Source: Klebsormidium nitens (Eukaryota > Plantae > Klebsormidiophyceae). From it: 64,000 nucleotides of DNA. Position numbers and translations under genes: made by a program. Below, in pieces: positions 59,901-64,000 of the stretch; the first letter of the stretch is position 1, and the number at the start of each line of letters is the position of its first letter. The DNA is taken from NCBI GenBank assembly GCA_000708835.1, contig DF237177.1, forward strand, positions 1 through 64,000, in the 5' to 3' direction. The notes beneath the pieces are model-generated. The model was given only the letters and a program-made list of their open reading frames with translations, made no database searches and was not told where the DNA came from.

Positions 59901-60770
59901 GACCCTTTTGTCCTGGAGAATTGAGAAAATTGATGGAGCTCAAAGGTGCAGACCGCGAGGCGAAAGTACCTGACAAGGTCCAACTATAGGTTCGCTGCTT
60001 GTGTGCCGTGATTCATTGCAGAAACAAAGCAGAAGGAACGATACAGCTTTTAGGTAAGTCCATTGCACATTGAGAAGTAGCAAAAGCACCCTTAGAATTT
60101 ACAGGCAGGACAGAATTGAAACAATGTTTCTTAGAATGCAGTTTCTCAAGATCCTGTACACAAATAAGATCAAGTCCTTTCATGAAATGCAGGTTCGGAA
60201 ATCGTTCTAGGAAAGCAAGTCCAGTAGCCTTGATATTCCTGTGACCTTCTACTAGTGGCAAAAGCCGCTTTGGAGATAGATTCTTTGACCTTGGCATACA
60301 TTTTGCTGCGCGGATTAGATTCCTTTCCTAATCCAACATCAAAAGACAGGCAGGCTTGCTAAGAACAGCATGGGACCATCTGATTGCTAGCAGCAGCCAA
60401 TAAAGGAAGCGCCAGTAGTCACCCATCCTCATGCCAACACTATGTTGGGTAATTACAGAAGTCTTCCATGTCAAGCGGGCATCCTTCACTCACCAATGTA
60501 GACCTTGGCGTTGCTGGCCATTGTTGCTGGCGTGCTCAAAATTGTGGGTGCTGCAATGGAGGGAGTCGCAGACACGGGCACAGAAAGGGGCGCAGTCTCT
60601 GCTGCAGGGGTAGAGCTGGACACTGTCACCACCTTCTTCTCTTCCACGGGACTTTCAACTCTGGGAGCAGAAGTGGAGACCTCCGGGGCAGCTTTGGGCT
60701 TGGCAGAAGTGGTGCTGACTTGAGCAGTTTCGTCAGGAGCGTCAGCCTTAGACGGTTGGACGCACCCCAT
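56902..60770 (-). CDS. FQR1-like: Flavodoxin-like NAD(P)H:quinone oxidoreductase (FQR1/WrbA family) with N-terminal extension, 6 exons, about 290 aa
   Basis: Exons 60770-60494, 59661-59591, 59328-59298, 59018-58926, 57891-57591, 57001-56902. Motifs [63 protein letters not shown]. Confidence 0.95.
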
Positions 60771-60947
60771 GCGAGCTCAGCAGGAAAGAAGCAGGATCAG
60801 AAGAAACATCTGCTGTTTTAGCACTCCTTGAAAGCCAGAACTCGACTTTGAATTTGAAAAGGGTGCATGCACATTGGCAAAAGGGAAGACAATTGCGCAG
60901 ATCGCCGCATTCTAGGCGGCAATTGGTGCCTGAAGCAGCGCTGTAAA

Positions 60948-63804
60948 TTAGGTGAAATTGCGCATAATTTCCATCATGGCCAGGGTGCTTGCGTCACGGG
61001 CGACGTCTTCGGAATCTAGAAGAAATCCGACGCCGAAACCAACGAGAGCACCTTGAAGGCTCTCATGCAATATGAATTGAGTATGATAAGCTTTCTCCTC
61101 GATATCTTCGAAAGAGAGGCTCATCGAAAAGGTTGTCAGTTTCACAACTGGCATATGGAAGATATATTTCCCACAAATCTGCATAAAACCCCCTGATTTG
61201 CTGAGAGATTCACCAGTCCAGCTGGCAGCACGACCAGCTTTGCTCGCTTTTAGGCACCGATGTTCCCGTATGCGAGCTGTTCAGTTCATGAGAAAAGGAA
61301 AGGGAAAATGACTGAAACCAGGCAGCCCTCAGGCAGCAAGCCCCATGCGTCACCTTCTCATGCATGCCTCCCTCCTCCAAATGCTGCAGGCCAAGAGCAA
61401 TGGAATACAGGACTTAGTCACTTACTGTAGCTATTCCAGTAAGATAGATCACTTGTATATGCCTCTCAAAAACACTCTCTGGGACTCTGCCTCCTGAAGT
61501 TGCACAAATCTGGGTCAGCACAATGCCAGACCTTCTCTGCTCATTGGTGAGTTCCTCTTTGGACTGCGAAGATGAAAATATACATGTAAAGCATCAGCAA
61601 AGAAAGGTTGCATCTGTTCACAATTGTATTGGAATGGACAATGTAATTAGGAGGCAGGCGCTATAAGTAGGCTTCCTATCTTTCAAACAATGCCGCATTG
61701 CATCAGCCCCCTATACAGACCCTGCCAACCTGCAACTTTGTGTCGCTCTTCAATTGGTGCTGGACGTAAACACCGCGTTTGCTTCAACCTGAGCAATCAA
61801 ACTGCTAGAAATCAAGGTTTGTTTAGGCTGCTTGCTTATATTGAAGGCATCGGATGGCAAATTCTGTTGAGCTCAGATTCAGTGCCATGGTAGCGATCTT
61901 GGATTGGAATGGCGCGCCTATTGATAGCAAAGGTGGTGTCACATGACAAGTTGAGTTGTTGTGTATTCTGAAGTCCTTCTGGAGCTTAAACCTTCAAAAG
62001 GTTCCTGGTTTGCAGCTCTTAACTCCTGCCACTCAACCGCAGTAGGTGTTTGCCTGTGCCTTTTTCTCAAGGAAAAGTGTACATATTTCAGGAAGAGTGG
62101 CTGATGTCTGAGACAGTCAGCGTCTGTATTGATCTCATGCATGGCATCGGGCTTCTTTTTACCTTACGGCTTCTGAACTTCCGATTCTATTATAGCTTGA
62201 AACTATTTCAATGACATCTCCTTGCAGGTTCATCTGCCAGACATTGAGCCCTTCTTGAGGTCTCTCAGACTGCAAACAATCTTTCTTCGGCGACCTAATC
62301 CATGGGAGAAGGTAATATGTCTGAACATCTGCTTCACAGTTGCCTGAAAGAGTCTGGTGTGACGTTCAAATGTTTCTATTTGCCATTCGTAGGATAGTCA
62401 CTTGATGAAATTTGTCGTGGGGCATAAATGGATACTCTATTCAGCTAATACCGCCTCACATTGTTCAAGGAAGCAGTGACTTTGATATATTGGGAAAGCA
62501 TACTGAGCCTGCTTCTAGTTGCAGGAGAAGGTGCGGGGCTTTGTGAAAGGGAACTGGAGCAGCAATTGGGCGCAGGTGCGACTTTTGTCTGTCTGAGAGG
62601 CACCGTTCTGAAGCAAGTAACGGCATCAACATTGCTCGTTCACTAAGATCGTGAGCCGAATTGAGACTTCTGATCGAAACAACTCCTTAGAACAACTCTT
62701 AGAGTTTCCTGCTCATGTGTAACGAGGTCTGAAGGTTGCTGGATACAGTCTGATGCGCCGGTTGTTAAGTCGACAAGTATAGGCGTCTTGCTTTTCAGTC
62801 ACTGATTTGGGGACAGCTTCTATAACATTGTGTGGTGCCTGACTGGAAAGTTTGTCCCTACAGGAAGTGGACGTTGCTTTCTCGAAGCAGCCCATCTCAT
62901 GCTTCATTGCAACCAAAGAGGTAACCCTCCACCAACTTGAAGTCTGTTTATGCTGAAATGAGCGTCTTCCTCAGTTGCTGGCTGTGTGTGCGTCGAGCAA
63001 TACATCTCTTTTCCACAAGCCCAAAGATATTGTTTAGGACAGCGTTTACATACTTGACCAATCAACACGGCCCTAAATTACCAGCACAATAGCTTCTTTT
63101 GATCTGAGTAGTTTCTGCTTAAAGACACAGTTCTGATCAAATCCCAAATTGAGAGTTAATTGACACCTGATGATCGAAGTTGAAAAGCGGTTGAACAAAC
63201 GGATTCCGTGAAAGAGGCAAAGGATCAAGGAGAAGACTCGAAAAGCACGTTAGATTGACAGGTTCCACTTCACTTCATACGTTTGGAAGGAACGCTTGAA
63301 CACGCGCTCACTAACTGCGCTGGTGAGCTGATGAAGTTTGCACGACTCATCACCGCATCGTGGAAGCCCACGTTCACCCTTCTCAGAGTCTTCCTTCACG
63401 TTCGCTAGCTGATCAGGCCCGTTCTGGTTTTCTTTCCAGGACGACATTGTTGGCTTCTCTGCGTGTAAGTAGGCCTTCCCTGGTCGAGCAGCCTAATATG
63501 CGTTCAATGGACATCCAGTAACTCTCCGGCTGAGCTTGTGCTCAATACTCGTGCTTGGACCTTCCATTTCAATGTTCGATGCTGTTTTGCCTGCCGATGT
63601 GAGTCGTGCACGTGCCCTTCGAGATCCCCACAATTCTAGTTGGAGGGACTTTGGGAAAAGCTCGGCGCTGGCACACCTTCGTCGCACTCTGGCTTCGTCC
63701 AATGAAGGCCACAGTGAGTTCCCAAAATTTTTGATGGGTTGTCCGGTTGCTTGACTTCGATGATTCGTACACAAGGCTTGCTCAGTGCGCGAAGTCTTGC
63801 TCAT
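60948..63804 (-). other. Unresolved short minus-strand open segments, possibly the 3' part of a gene or a decayed element
   Basis: Protein-like fragments such as 60948-61184 (...FILHESLQGALVGFGVGFLLDSEDVARDASTLAMMEIM) and 63250-63447, but no consistent exon chain or recognised family. Confidence 0.2.
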
Positions 63805-64000
63805 TCAACGAAGAGTACCCCTCCGGACGTAATGAAAAGAGCATGGCAACTTTCTAATGGAGCAAAATATAACCGCAGATGAGTGCACACGGAGAGGCTT
63901 CTTCGGCCCAATGGGCGTCTTACCAGAGCACCGGAAGAAGGTGAGGTGATAAAATCTACATGCGTCGACCACATCAGATGCAACTTTTGAACTCGACGTG

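Overview
This is eukaryotic, intron-rich nuclear DNA with plant-like genes, most consistent with a streptophyte alga such as Klebsormidium (inference from protein similarity and gene structure; no search was run). The ORF track is mostly uninformative because genes are split into short GT-AG exons, so I rebuilt them by hand from splice sites and frame continuity. Genes recovered: SmG (+), IPC synthase (+), YJU2/CCDC94 (+), a MYND-finger protein (-), a 25-exon plastid pullulanase/limit dextrinase (-), an orphan coiled-coil protein (+), SCYL2-type pseudokinase (+) and an FQR1/WrbA-type quinone reductase (-). A few minus-strand coding remnants remain unresolved. The most unusual signals are: (1) intron 2 of SmG carries seven extra consensus 5' splice sites (GTRAGY) at about 60-110 nt spacing, several with upstream AG acceptors that define frame-shifting micro-exons, a candidate snRNP-sensing autoregulatory array; (2) an intron-containing tRNA-Thr(AGT)-like gene with an atypical C37 sits inside a 463-bp cassette bounded by 30-bp GC-hairpin inverted repeats; (3) five of the eight identified genes carry decaying intronic copies ('echoes') of their own exon/splice-junction sequence; (4) the pullulanase has a bacterial-type CBM41-like N-terminal module. 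No CRISPR array, rRNA gene or intact transposase was found.
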